Part shown: piece after piece, positions 32,646 through 45,538 of the stretch
Layout of the letters: each line of letters opens with the position of its first letter
Position numbering within the stretch: the stretch's first letter is position 1
Assembly: GCF_009914755.1 (NCBI RefSeq)
Contig: NC_060943.1
DNA length: 64,000 nt
Strand: one strand, 5' to 3'
Source of the DNA: the human T2T-CHM13v2.0 reference genome, Homo sapiens
The notes under the pieces: model-generated
Databases searched by the model: none
Told to the model about the DNA's origin: nothing
Seen by the model: only the letters and a program-made list of their open reading frames with translations
Position numbers and translations under genes: made by a program

Positions 32646-35135
32646 CCTTCTCGCTCTTTCCGTGGCCCTCTCTTTCTGTCTCTGTCCGTCTGTGTGTGCG
32701 TGCGCCTCGGGACACATGTGCCCTGTGCGCCGGAGGGTGGGTTTCTTGCACGTCGGCCTTTCTTCTGGTCAGCCTCTCCCCGCGTCTCTGCCTGGGTCGT
32801 GTGGCCGGTTGGCAGTCGTCGTCCCGGCGGTTCCAGTTTGGGGGTCTGTGAAGGCCTGGGCAACGTGGGCATCGGCGTCGGACCCGCAGGGGTTTTCATC
32901 CCCTCCCCATCCGGAGCAGCCTCTTTGCTAGGCTGGATCCAGACGAGCGCTCCCCAACCAAGGACAACGGCCTCCCAGGCGCTCATCGTCCACCCGCAGG
33001 AGGGTGCCCGCAGAGCTTCAAGAAGGTGGTTGTCACGCCTGTCGCCCTCTGCCCTCATCGAGAAATGTAGCCACAGCTCGACGCAGGGACGGAGAAGGAA
33101 GCCGGCAAGGGGATGGGGCAAGCATGTCTGTCTCTCAAAGGCTGGCCTTCCTGGCCGAGTCACCCGTTTGACACTCCTCCCCGGATGCCGGTGGTGGTGG
33201 CATGGCCCCCCCGTATCCTGCCTGGGCTCTGGCCTCTGCTCTGACCTCCCTCTTGCTGTGTCTGCCCCGCCTCTGAGAAGCCTGGCGGCTTCTTAGTGTG
33301 GCTCAGTGTCTTCCACAAAGAAGACTTCCCCGTCCATCAGGGAGAAACCTCGTGGCGGTCCGCGTCATGATTGTTTCCCTCTCCACACCTCTTTCTGGAT
33401 GATTGGGCAGCTGTGGTGATCCTGGAGCTCTGGGCTTCCATACCTGTGTGGGACAGGGAAGCTCTCTGGGTCTCCATGGCCCAAGTGATGGCTGCACGCT
33501 CGGTCCAGGAAGAGGCGGAGGCAAGCCCACCGCTCCTGACATTGGCCTTCTAGGAAAGGCGGTGTTGCATCCCACCTGCACTTCCTCTCTGATTCTTGAG
33601 GGCCAACCGCTTCCTCCGCTCCTGGGGAAAGTGCCTTCTAGCACCGAATCTTTTGGCTGCCACGGATGTCAGGGAGCCAACGGGACTGGGTTTTGGCTGG
33701 GTGCAGGGGAGGTTGCGTCAGGGGTACCTAGCCGGCGGCGGGCTGGGGGTGGGGTGTACTTTGTCCAAACCTCTCGGCTCCTCTGGCGGGCCTCCCTGAA
33801 CGTGGCGTGGACTCGCGCACAGGCCCTGTCTCGCAGGTTTTCAGGTGCGCTTGGCTTTTCCTCCGCTTTGTGGGGCAGGTCTCCAGTGGCCCCCCGGGCG
33901 CACGCCTGGACATCACTGTCCGTCTCGTCGTCGCCCCCTACGGCCTCAAAGACACACGCTGCCTGCATGTGCTCTTGGGGGACGACAGTGCCACATGTGG
34001 ACACGCTGGCTCCAGCTCGGACTCGCCTCTGTCTCTCTTTGCCCGTGTCGCCGGAAGCCGCCTCGGGTTGCCGGAGCCCTCGGGCCTTGGAGATGAAGGC
34101 AGGCCCCTGCTCCTGCCAGGAAGGAGGGAGGCAGTGGGCTCATGGGTCGGTGCCTTTGCAGCCGACAGCACGCCTTGCGGCCCTGGGGATCTTCCTGTGC
34201 CCCGGCGAGACCCTTTCCGCCTCACTGCATTGGAACCCCATTCCCGATCACCCGCTGGGATCCATCATCGGACCCCAAGAGGAGTCCGCGCAGCCCAGCC
34301 GGCACCCCGAAGCTCCTCCTTCAGTGGGAACCGAAGCAGAAGAGCGATCAAGGAGGTCCTCACCACAGGACTCCTATGGGTCCGACCCTGGGTCTCCCGC
34401 AGGCCCCTCTGGCAGTCCTCTTCCCACCCGCCGCCTCGGGCTGCGCCTTCGCCGCCGCCGCCGCAACCTCCAGCACCGCCGCCCCAGGCCCCGCAGCCGC
34501 CGCGTCGCCGCCATTTTTTAAAGGGTCCGCAGCCTGACTCTGCGGAGTAAGGGGGGGTGGAGCGGGGGAGTCGGCCTCGCCAGCGCGCATGCGCGAGGCC
34601 CGAGCCGCCGCTTGGGTCACAGTGAAAGCCACCGTTGCCCGGGGATGGGTCCCTGACACTTGGGGAAGTAGGAGCCCTGTGTGATCGTGCGTCTGAGTCT
34701 GGGCTGAGACCAGTCCTGGCCAGGGCAGTTACCAGGACGGTCTCCGGAGGCCGGGATTCGCGGAGGGTCCAGCAGCAGGAAGAAACCCCAGGAGGAAGAA
34801 ACCTCAGACAGATCGCCGGCGAGGCAGCGCGGGATCCCAGCCTCAGGCGTGCGCGGACGGTGTGCGGGTGAGTCTCCCCAAAAGTGGAGCCCTTGTGATG
34901 ACGAGCACAGGTCCGCCTGCGTGCCCGTGGGCTGCTCTCTCACCGGTGGCTCTCAGTCGCGGAGAGCAGAACCCGGCAGCTTCAGGGGCTGCCTGCGGGA
35001 GGGTGTTCCCTGCTGTACGTGTGTGTTCGTCATGGGTGTGTGTGTGTGTGTGTTGGGGGGGGTGCGTCTGTGTGTGTGTCTGTGTGTGTGCGCGCGCAGT
35101 GCCTGTCTGTGTGCCGACTTCTGTCTCTCTCTCAC

Positions 35136-35180
<45 letters not shown>

Positions 35181-37670
35181 CCTTCTCGCTCTTTCCGTGG
35201 CCCTCTCTTTCTGTCTCTGTCCGTCTGTGTGTGCGTGCGCCTCGGGACACATGTGCCCTGTGCGCCGGAGGGTGGGTTTCTTGCACGTCGGCCTTTCTTC
35301 TGGTCAGCCTCTCCCCGCGTCTCTGCCTGGGTCGTGTGGCCGGTTGGCAGTCGTCGTCCCGGCGGTTCCAGTTTGGGGGTCTGTGAAGGCCTGGGCAACG
35401 TGGGCATCGGCGTCGGACCCGCAGGGGTTTTCATCCCCTCCCCATCCGGAGCAGCCTCTTTGCTAGGCTGGATCCAGACGAGCGCTCCCCAACCAAGGAC
35501 AACGGCCTCCCAGGCGCTCATCGTCCACCCGCAGGAGGGTGCCCGCAGAGCTTCAAGAAGGTGGTTGTCACGCCTGTCGCCCTCTGCCCTCATCGAGAAA
35601 TGTAGCCACAGCTCGACGCAGGGACGGAGAAGGAAGCCGGCAAGGGGATGGGGCAAGCATGTCTGTCTCTCAAAGGCTGGCCTTCCTGGCCGAGTCACCC
35701 GTTTGACACTCCTCCCCGGATGCCGGTGGTGGTGGCATGGCCCCCCCGTATCCTGCCTGGGCTCTGGCCTCTGCTCTGACCTCCCTCTTGCTGTGTCTGC
35801 CCCGTCTCTGAGAAGCCTGGCGGCTTCTTAGTGTGGCTCAGTGTCTTCCACAAAGAAGACTTCCCCGTCCATCAGGGAGAAACCTCGTGGCGGTCCGCGT
35901 CATGATTGTTTCCCTCTCCACACCTCTTTCTGGATGATTGGGCAGCTGTGGTGATCCTGGAGCTCTGGGCTTCCATACCTGTGTGGGACAGGGAAGCTCT
36001 CTCGGTCTCCATGGCCCAAGTGATGGCTGCACGCTCGGTCCAGGAAGAGGCGGAGGCAAGCCCACCGCTCCTGACATTGGCCTTCTAGGAAAGGCGGTGT
36101 TGCATCCCACCTGCACTTCCTCTCTGATTCTTGAGGGCCAACCGCTTCCTCCGCTCCTGGGGAAAGTGCCTTCTAGCACCGAATCTTTTGGCTGCCACGG
36201 ATGTCAGGGAGCCAACGGGACTGGGTTTTGGCTGGGTGCAGGGGAGGTTGCGTCAGGGGTACCTAGCCGGCGGCGGGCTGGGGGTGGGGTGTACTTTGTC
36301 CAAACCTCTCGGCTCCTCTGGCGGGCCTCCCTGAACGTGGCGTGGACTCGCGCACAGGCCCTGTCTCGCAGGTTTTCAGGTGCGCTTGGCTTTTCCTCCG
36401 CTTTGTGGGGCAGGTCTCCAGTGGCCCCCCGGGCGCACGCCTGGACATCACTGTCCGTCTCGTCGTCGCCCCCTACGGCCTCAAAGACACACGCTGCCTG
36501 CATGTGCTCTTGGGGGACGACAGTGCCACATGTGGACACGCTGGCTCCAGCTCGGACTCGCCTCTGTCTCTCTTTGCCCGTGTCGCCGGAAGCCGCCTCG
36601 GGTTGCCGGAGCCCTCGGGCCTTGGAGATGAAGGCAGGCCCCTGCTCCTGCCAGGAAGGAGGGAGGCAGTGGGCTCATGGGTCGGTGCCTTTGCAGCCGA
36701 CAGCACGCCTTGCGGCCCTGGGGATCTTCCTGTGCCCCGGCGAGACCCTTTCCGCCTCACTGCATTGGAACCCCATTCCCGATCACCCGCTGGGATCCAT
36801 CATCGGACCCCAAGAGGAGTCCGCGCAGCCCAGCCGGCACCCCGAAGCTCCTCCTTCAGTGGGAACCGAAGCAGAAGAGCGATCAAGGAGGTCCTCACCA
36901 CAGGACTCCTATGGGTCCGACCCTGGGTCTCCCGCAGGCCCCTCTGGCAGTCCTCTTCCCACCCGCCGCCTCGGGCTGCGCCTTCGCCGCCGCCGCCGCA
37001 ACCTCCAGCACCGCCGCCCCAGGCCCCGCAGCCGCCGCGTCGCCGCCATTTTTTAAAGGGTCCGCAGCCTGACTCTGCGGAGTAAGGGGGGGTGGAGCGG
37101 GGGAGTCGGCCTCGCCAGCGCGCATGCGCGAGGCCCGAGCCGCCGCTTGGGTCACAGTGAAAGCCACCGTTGCCCGGGGATGGGTCCCTGACACTTGGGG
37201 AAGTAGGAGCCCTGTGTGATCGTGCGTCTGAGTCTGGGCTGAGACCAGTCCTGGCCAGGGCAGTTACCAGGACGGTCTCCGGAGGCCGGGATTCGCGGAG
37301 GGTCCAGCAGCAGGAAGAAACCCCAGGAGGAAGAAACCTCAGACAGATCGCCGGCGAGGCAGCGCGGGATCCCAGCCTCAGGCGTGCGCGGACGGTGTGC
37401 GGGTGAGTCTCCCCAAAAGTGGAGCCCTTGTGATGACGAGCACAGGTCCGCCTGCGTGCCCGTGGGCTGCTCTCTCACCGGTGGCTCTCAGTCGCGGAGA
37501 GCAGAACCCGGCAGCTTCAGGGGCTGCCTGCGGGAGGGTGTTCCCTGCTGTACGTGTGTGTTCGTCATGGGTGTGTGTGTGTGTGTGTTGGGGGGGGTGC
37601 GTCTGTGTGTGTGTCTGTGTGTGTGCGCGCGCAGTGCCTGTCTGTGTGCCGACTTCTGTCTCTCTCTCAC

Positions 37671-37707
<37 letters not shown>

Positions 37708-40197
37708 CCTTCTCGCTCTTTCCGTGGCCCTCTCTTTCTGTCTCTGTCCGTCTGTGTGTGCGTGCGCCTCGGGACACATGTGCCCTGTGCGCCGGAGGGT
37801 GGGTTTCTTGCACGTCGGCCTTTCTTCTGGTCAGCCTCTCCCCGCGTCTCTGCCTGGGTCGTGTGGCCGGTTGGCAGTCGTCGTCCCGGCGGTTCCAGTT
37901 TGGGGGTCTGTGAAGGCCTGGGCAACGTGGGCATCGGCGTCGGACCCGCAGGGGTTTTCATCCCCTCCCCATCCGGAGCAGCCTCTTTGCTAGGCTGGAT
38001 CCAGACGAGCGCTCCCCAACCAAGGACAACGGCCTCCCAGGCGCTCATCGTCCACCCGCAGGAGGGTGCCCGCAGAGCTTCAAGAAGGTGGTTGTCACGC
38101 CTGTCGCCCTCTGCCCTCATCGAGAAATGTAGCCACAGCTCGACGCAGGGACGGAGAAGGAAGCCGGCAAGGGGATGGGGCAAGCATGTCTGTCTCTCAA
38201 AGGCTGGCCTTCCTGGCCGAGTCACCCGTTTGACACTCCTCCCCGGATGCCGGTGGTGGTGGCATGGCCCCCCCGTATCCTGCCTGGGCTCTGGCCTCTG
38301 CTCTGACCTCCTTCTTGCTGTGTCTGCCCCGCCTCTGAGAAGCCTGGCGGCTTCTTAGTGTGGCTCAGTGTCTTCCACAAAGAAGACTTCCCCGTCCATC
38401 AGGGAGAAACCTCGTGGCGGTCCGCGTCATGATTGTTTCCCTCTCCACACCTCTTTCTGGATGATTGGGCAGCTGTGGTGATCCTGGAGCTCTGGGCTTC
38501 CATACCTGTGTGGGACAGGGAAGCTCTCTCGGTCTCCATGGCCCAAGTGATGGCTGCACGCTCGGTCCAGGAAGAGGCGGAGGCAAGCCCACCGCTCCTG
38601 ACATTGGCCTTCTAGGAAAGGCGGTGTTGCATCCCACCTGCACTTCCTCTCTGATTCTTGAGGGCCAACCGCTTCCTCCGCTCCTGGGGAAAGTGCCTTC
38701 TAGCACCGAATCTTTTGGCTGCCACGGATGTCAGGGAGCCAACGGGACTGGGTTTTGGCTGGGTGCAGGGGAGGTTGCGTCAGGGGTACCTAGCCGGCGG
38801 CGGGCTGGGGGTGGGGTGTACTTTGTCCAAACCTCTCGGCTCCTCTGGCGGGCCTCCCTGAACGTGGCGTGGACTCGCGCACAGGCCCTGTCTCGCAGGT
38901 TTTCAGGTGCGCTTGGCTTTTCCTCCGCTTTGTGGGGCAGGTCTCCAGTGGCCCCCCGGGCGCACGCCTGGACATCACTGTCCGTCTCGTCGTCGCCCCC
39001 TACGGCCTCAAAGACACACGCTGCCTGCATGTGCTCTTGGGGGACGACAGTGCCACATGTGGACACACTGGCTCCAGCTCGGACTCGCCTCTGTCTCTCT
39101 TTGCCCGTGTCGCCGGAAGCCGCCTCGGGTTGCCGGAGCCCTCGGGCCTTGGAGATGAAGGCAGGCCCCTGCTCCTGCCAGGAAGGAGGGAGGCAGTGGG
39201 CTCATGGGTCGGTGCCTTTGCAGCCGACAGCACGCCTTGCGGCCCTGGGGATCTTCCTGTGCCCCGGCGAGACCCTTTCCGCCTCACTGCATTGGAACCC
39301 CATTCCCGATCACCCGCTGGGATCCATCATCGGACCCCAAGAGGAGTCCGCGCAGCCCAGCCGGCACCCCGAAGCTCCTCCTTCAGTGGGAACCGAAGCA
39401 GAAGAGCGATCAAGGAGGTCCTCACCACAGGACTCCTATGGGTCCGACCCTGGGTCTCCCGCAGGCCCCTCTGGCAGTCCTCTTCCCACCCGCCGCCTCG
39501 GGCTGCGCCTTCGCCGCCGCCGCCGCAACCTCCAGCACCGCCGCCCCAGGCCCCGCAGCCGCCGCGTCGCCGCCATTTTTTAAAGGGTCCGCAGCCTGAC
39601 TCTGCGGAGTAAGGGGGGGTGGAGCGGGGGAGTCGGCCTCGCCAGCGCGCATGCGCGAGGCCCGAGCCGCCGCTTGGGTCACAGTGAAAGCCACCGTTGC
39701 CCGGGGATGGGTCCCTGACACTTGGGGAAGTAGGAGCCCTGTGTGATCGTGCGTCTGAGTCTGGGCTGAGACCAGTCCTGGCCAGGGCAGTTACCAGGAC
39801 GGTCTCCGGAGGCCGGGATTCGCGGAGGGTCCAGCAGCAGGAAGAAACCCCAGGAGGAAGAAACCTCAGACAGATCGCCGGCGAGGCAGCGCGGGATCCC
39901 AGCCTCAGGCGTGCGCGGACGGTGTGCGGGTGAGTCTCCCCAAAAGTGGAGCCCTTGTGATGACGAGCACAGGTCCGCCTGCGTGCCCGTGGGCTGCTCT
40001 CTCACCGGTGGCTCTCAGTCGCGGAGAGCAGAACCCGGCAGCTTCAGGGGCTGCCTGCGGGAGGGTGTTCCCTGCTGTACGTGTGTGTTCGTCATGGGTG
40101 TGTGTGTGTGTGTGTTGGGGGGGGTGCGTCTGTGTGTGTGTCTGTGTGTGTGCGCGCGCAGTGCCTGTCTGTGTGCCGACTTCTGTCTCTCTCTCAC

Positions 40198-40242
<45 letters not shown>

Positions 40243-42729
40243 CCTTCTCGCTCTTTCCGTGGCCCTCTCTTTCTGTCTCTGTCCGTCTGTGTGTGCGTGC
40301 GCCTCGGGACACATGTGCCCTGTGCGCCGGAGGGTGGGTTTCTTGCACGTCGGCCTTTCTTCTGGTCAGCCTCTCCCCGCGTCTCTGCCTGGGTCGTGTG
40401 GCCGGTTGGCAGTCGTCGTCCCGGCGGTTCCAGTTTGGGGGTCTGTGAAGGCCTGGGCAACGTGGGCATCGGCGTCGGACCCGCAGGGGTTTTCATCCCC
40501 TCCCCATCCGGAGCAGCCTCTTTGCTAGGCTGGATCCAGACGAGCGCTCCCCAACCAAGGACAACGGCCTCCCAGGCGCTCATCGTCCACCCGCAGGAGG
40601 GTGCCCGCAGAGCTTCAAGAAGGTGGTTGTCACGCCTGTCGCCCTCTGCCCTCATCGAGAAATGTAGCCACAGCTCGACGCAGGGACGGAGAAGGAAGCC
40701 GGCAAGGGGATGGGGCAAGCATGTCTGTCTCTCAAAGGCTGGCCTTCCTGGCCGAGTCACCCGTTTGACACTCCTCCCCGGATGCCGGTGGTGGTGGCAT
40801 GGCCCCCCCGTATCCTGCCTGGGCTCTGGCCTCTGCTCTGACCTCCCTCTTGCTGTGTCTGCCCCGCCTCTGAGAAGCCTGGCGGCTTCTTAGTGTGGCT
40901 CAGTGTCTTCCACAAAGAAGACTTCCCCGTCCATCAGGGAGAAACCTCGTGGCGGTCCGCGTCATGATTGTTTCCCTCTCCACACCTCTTTCTGGATGAT
41001 TGGGCAGCTGTGGTGATCCTGGAGCTCTGGGCTTCCATACCTGTGTGGGACAGGGAAGCTCTCTCGGTCTCCATGGCCCAAGTGATGGCTGCACGCTCGG
41101 TCCAGGAAGAGGCGGAGGCAAGCCCACCGCTCCTGACATTGGCCTTCTAGGAAAGGCGGTGTTGCATCCCACATGCACTTCCTCTCTGATTCTTGAGGGC
41201 CAACCGCTTCCTCCGCTCCTGGGGAAAGTGCCTTCTAGCACCGAATCTTTTGGCTGCCACGGATGTCAGGGAGCCAACGGGACTGGGTTTTGGCTGGGTG
41301 CAGGGGAGGTTGCGTCAGGGGTACCTAGCCGGCGGCGGGCTGGGGGTGGGGTGTACTTTGTCCAAACCTCTCGGCTCCTCTGGCGGGCCTCCCTGAACGT
41401 GGCGTGGACTCGCGCACAGGCCCTGTCTCGCAGGTTTTCAGGTGCGCTTGGCTTTTCCTCCGCTTTGTGGGGCAGGTCTCCAGTGGCCCCCCGGGCGCAC
41501 GCCTGGACATCACTGTCCGTCTCGTCGTCGCCCCCTACGGCCTCAAAGACACACGCTGCCTGCATGTGCTCTTGGGGGACGACAGTGCCACATGTGGACA
41601 CACTGGCTCCAGCTCGGACTCGCCTCTGTCTCTCTTTGCCCGTGTCGCCGGAAGCCGCCTCGGGTTGCCGGAGCCCTCGGGCCTTGGAGATGAAGGCAGG
41701 CCCCTGCTCCTGCCAGGAAGGAGGGAGGCAGTGGGCTCATGGGTCGGTGCCTTTGCAGCCGACAGCACGCCTTGCGGCCCTGGGGATCTTCCTGTGCCCC
41801 GGCGAGACCCTTTCCGCCTCACTGCATTGGAACCCCATTCCCGATCACCCGCTGGGATCCATCATCGGACCCCAAGAGGAGTCCGCGCAGCCCAGCCGGC
41901 ACCCCGAAGCTCCTCCTTCAGTGGGAACCGAAGCAGAAGAGCGATCAAGGAGGTCCTCACCACAGGACTCATGGGTCCGACCCTGGGTCTCCCGCAGGCC
42001 CCTCTGGCAGTCCTCTCCCCACCCGCCGCCTCGGGCTGCGCCTTCGCCGCCGCCGCCGCAACCTCCAGCACCGCCGCCCCAGGCCCCGCAGCCGCCGCGT
42101 CGCCGCCATTTTTTAAAGGGTCCGCAGCCTGACTCTGCGGAGTAAGGGGGGGTGGAGCGGGGGAGTCGGCCTCGCCAGCGCGCATGCGCGAGGCCCGAGC
42201 CGCCGCTTGGGTCACAGTGAAAGCCACCGTTGCCCGGGGATGGGTCCCTGACACTTGGGGAAGTAGGAGCCCTGTGTGATCGTGCGTCTGAGTCTGGGCT
42301 GAGACCAGTCCTGGCCAGGGCAGTTACCAGGACGGTCTCCGGAGGCCGGGATTCGCGGAGGGTCCAGCAGCAGGAAGAAACCCCAGGAGGAAGAAACCTC
42401 AGACAGATCGCCGGCGAGGCAGCGCGGGATCCCAGCCTCAGGCGTGCGCGGACGGTGTGCGGGTGAGTCTCCCCAAAAGTGGAGCCCTTGTGATGACGAG
42501 CACAGGTCCGCCTGCGTGCCCGTGGGCTGCTCTCTCACCGGTGGCTCTCAGTCGCGGAGAGCAGAACCCGGCAGCTTCAGGGGCTGCCTGCGGGAGGGTG
42601 TTCCCTGCTGTACGTGTGTGTTCGTCATGGGTGTGTGTGTGTGTGTGTTGGGGGGGTGCGTCTGTGTGTGTGTCTGTGTGTGTGCGCGCGCAGTGCCTGT
42701 CTGTGTGCCGACTTCTGTCTCTCTCTCAC

Positions 42730-42774
<45 letters not shown>

Positions 42775-45263
42775 CCTTCTCGCTCTTTCCGTGGCCCTCT
42801 CTTTCTGTCTCTGTCCGTCTGTGTGCGTGCGCCTCGGGACACATGTGCCCTGTGCGCCGGAGGGTGGGTTTCTTGCACGTCGGCCTTTCTTCTGGTCAGC
42901 CTCTCCCCGCGTCTCTGCCTGGGTCGTGTGGCCGGTTGGCAGTCGTCGTCCCGGCGGTTCCAGTTTGGGGGTCTGTGAAGGCCTGGGCAACGTGGGCATC
43001 GGCGTCGGACCCGCAGGGGTTTTCATCCCCTCCCCATCCGGAGCAGCCTCTTTGCTAGGCTGGATCCAGACGAGCGCTCCCCAACCAAGGACAACGGCCT
43101 CCCAGGCGCTCATCGTCCACCCGCAGGAGGGTGCCCGCAGAGCTTCAAGAAGGTGGTTGTCACGCCTGTCGCCCTCTGCCCTCATCGAGAAATGTAGCCA
43201 CAGCTCGACGCAGGGACGGAGAAGGAAGCCGGCAAGGGGATGGGGCAAGCATGTCTGTCTCTCAAAGGCTGGCCTTCCTGGCCGAGTCACCCGTTTGACA
43301 CTCCTCCCCGGATGCCGGTGGTGGTGGCATGGCCCCCCCGTATCCTGCCTGGGCTCTGGCCTCTGCTCTGACCTCCCTCTTGCTGTGTCTGCCCCGTCTC
43401 TGAGAAGCCTGGCGGCTTCTTAGTGTGGCTCAGTGTCTTCCACAAAGAAGACTTCCCCGTCCATCAGGGAGAAACCTCGTGGCGGTCCGCGTCATGATTG
43501 TTTCCCTCTCCACACCTCTTTCTGGATGATTGGGCAGCTGTGGTGATCCTGGAGCTCTGGGCTTCCATACCTGTGTGGGACAGGGAAGCTCTCTCGGTCT
43601 CCATGGCCCAAGTGATGGCTGCACGCTCGGTCCAGGAAGAGGCGGAGGCAAGCCCACCGCTCCTGACATTGGCCTTCTAGGAAAGGCGGTGTTGCATCCC
43701 ACCTGCACTTCCTCTCTGATTCTTGAGGGCCAACCGCTTCCTCCGCTCCTGGGGAAAGTGCCTTCTAGCACCGAATCTTTTGGCTGCCACGGATGTCAGG
43801 GAGCCAACGGGACTGGGTTTTGGCTGGGTGCAGGGGAGGTTGCGTCAGGGGTACCTAGCCGGCGGCGGGCTGGGGGTGGGGTGTACTTTGTCCAAACCTC
43901 TCGGCTCCTCTGGCGGGCCTCCCTGAACGTGGCGTGGACTCGCGCACAGGCCCTGTCTCGCAGGTTTTCAGGTGCGCTTGGCTTTTCCTCCGCTTTGTGG
44001 GGCAGGTCTCCAGTGGCCCCCCGGGCGCACGCCTGGACATCACTGTCCGTCTCGTCGTCGCCCCCTACGGCCTCAAAGACACACGCTGCCTGCATGTGCT
44101 CTTGGGGGACGACAGTGCCACATGTGGACACACTGGCTCCAGCTCGGACTCGCCTCTGTCTCTCTTTGCCCGTGTCGCCGGAAGCCGCCTCGGGTTGCCG
44201 GAGCCCTCGGGCCTTGGAGATGAAGGCAGGCCCCTGCTCCTGCCAGGAAGGAGGGAGGCAGTGGGCTCATGGGTCGGTGCCTTTGCAGCCGACAGCACGC
44301 CTTGCGGCCCTGGGGATCTTCCTGTGCCCCGGCGAGACCCTTTCCGCCTCACTGCATTGGAACCCCATTCCCGATCACCCGCTGGGATCCATCATCGGAC
44401 CCCAAGAGGAGTCCGCGCAGCCCAGCCGGCACCCCGAAGCTCCTCCTTCAGTGGGAACCGAAGCAGAAGAGCGATCAAGGAGGTCCTCACCACAGGACTC
44501 CTATGGGTCCGACCCTGGGTCTCCCGCAGGCCCCTCTGGCAGTCCTCTTCCCACCCGCCGCCTCGGGCTGCGCCTTCGCCGCCGCCGCCGCAACCTCCAG
44601 CACCGCCGCCCCAGGCCCCGCAGCCGCCGCGTCGCCGCCATTTTTTAAAGGGTCCGCAGCCTGACTCTGCGGAGTAAGGGGGGGTGGAGCGGGGGAGTCG
44701 GCCTCGCCAGCGCGCATGCGCGAGGCCCGAGCCGCCGCTTGGGTCACAGTGAAAGCCACCGTTGCCCGGGGATGGGTCCCTGACACTTGGGGAAGTAGGA
44801 GCCCTGTGTGATCGTGCGTCTGAGTCTGGGCTGAGACCAGTCCTGGCCAGGGCAGTTACCAGGACGGTCTCCGGAGGCCGGGATTCGCGGAGGGTCCAGC
44901 AGCAGGAAGAAACCCCAGGAGGAAGAAACCTCAGACAGATCGCCGGCGAGGCAGCGCGGGATCCCAGCCTCAGGCGTGCGCGGACGGTGTGCGGGTGAGT
45001 CTCCCCAAAAGTGGAGCCCTTGTGATGACGAGCACAGGTCCGCCTGCGTGCCCGTGGGCTGCTCTCTCACCGGTGGCTCTCAGTCGCGGAGAGCAGAACC
45101 CGGCAGCTTCAGGGGCTGCCTGCGGGAGGGTGTTCCCTGCTGTACGTGTGTGTTCGTCATGGGTGTGTGTGTGTGTGTGTTGGGGGGGGTGCGTCTGTGT
45201 GTGTGTCTGTGTGTGTGCGCGCGCAGTGCCTGTCTGTGTGCCGACTTCTGTCTCTCTCTCACG

Positions 45264-45295
<32 letters not shown>

Positions 45296-45538
45296 CCTTC
45301 TCGCTCTTTCCGTGGCCCTCTCTTTCTGTCTCTGTCCGTCTGTGTGTGCGTGCGCCTCGGGACACATGTGCCCTGTGCGCCGGAGGGTGGGTTTCTTGCA
45401 CGTCGGCCTTTCTTCTGGTCAGCCTCTCCCCGCGTCTCTGCCTGGGTCGTGTGGCCGGTTGGCAGTCGTCGTCCCGGCGGTTCCAGTTTGGGGGTCTGTG
45501 AAGGCCTGGGCAACGTGGGCATCGGCGTCGGACCCGCA

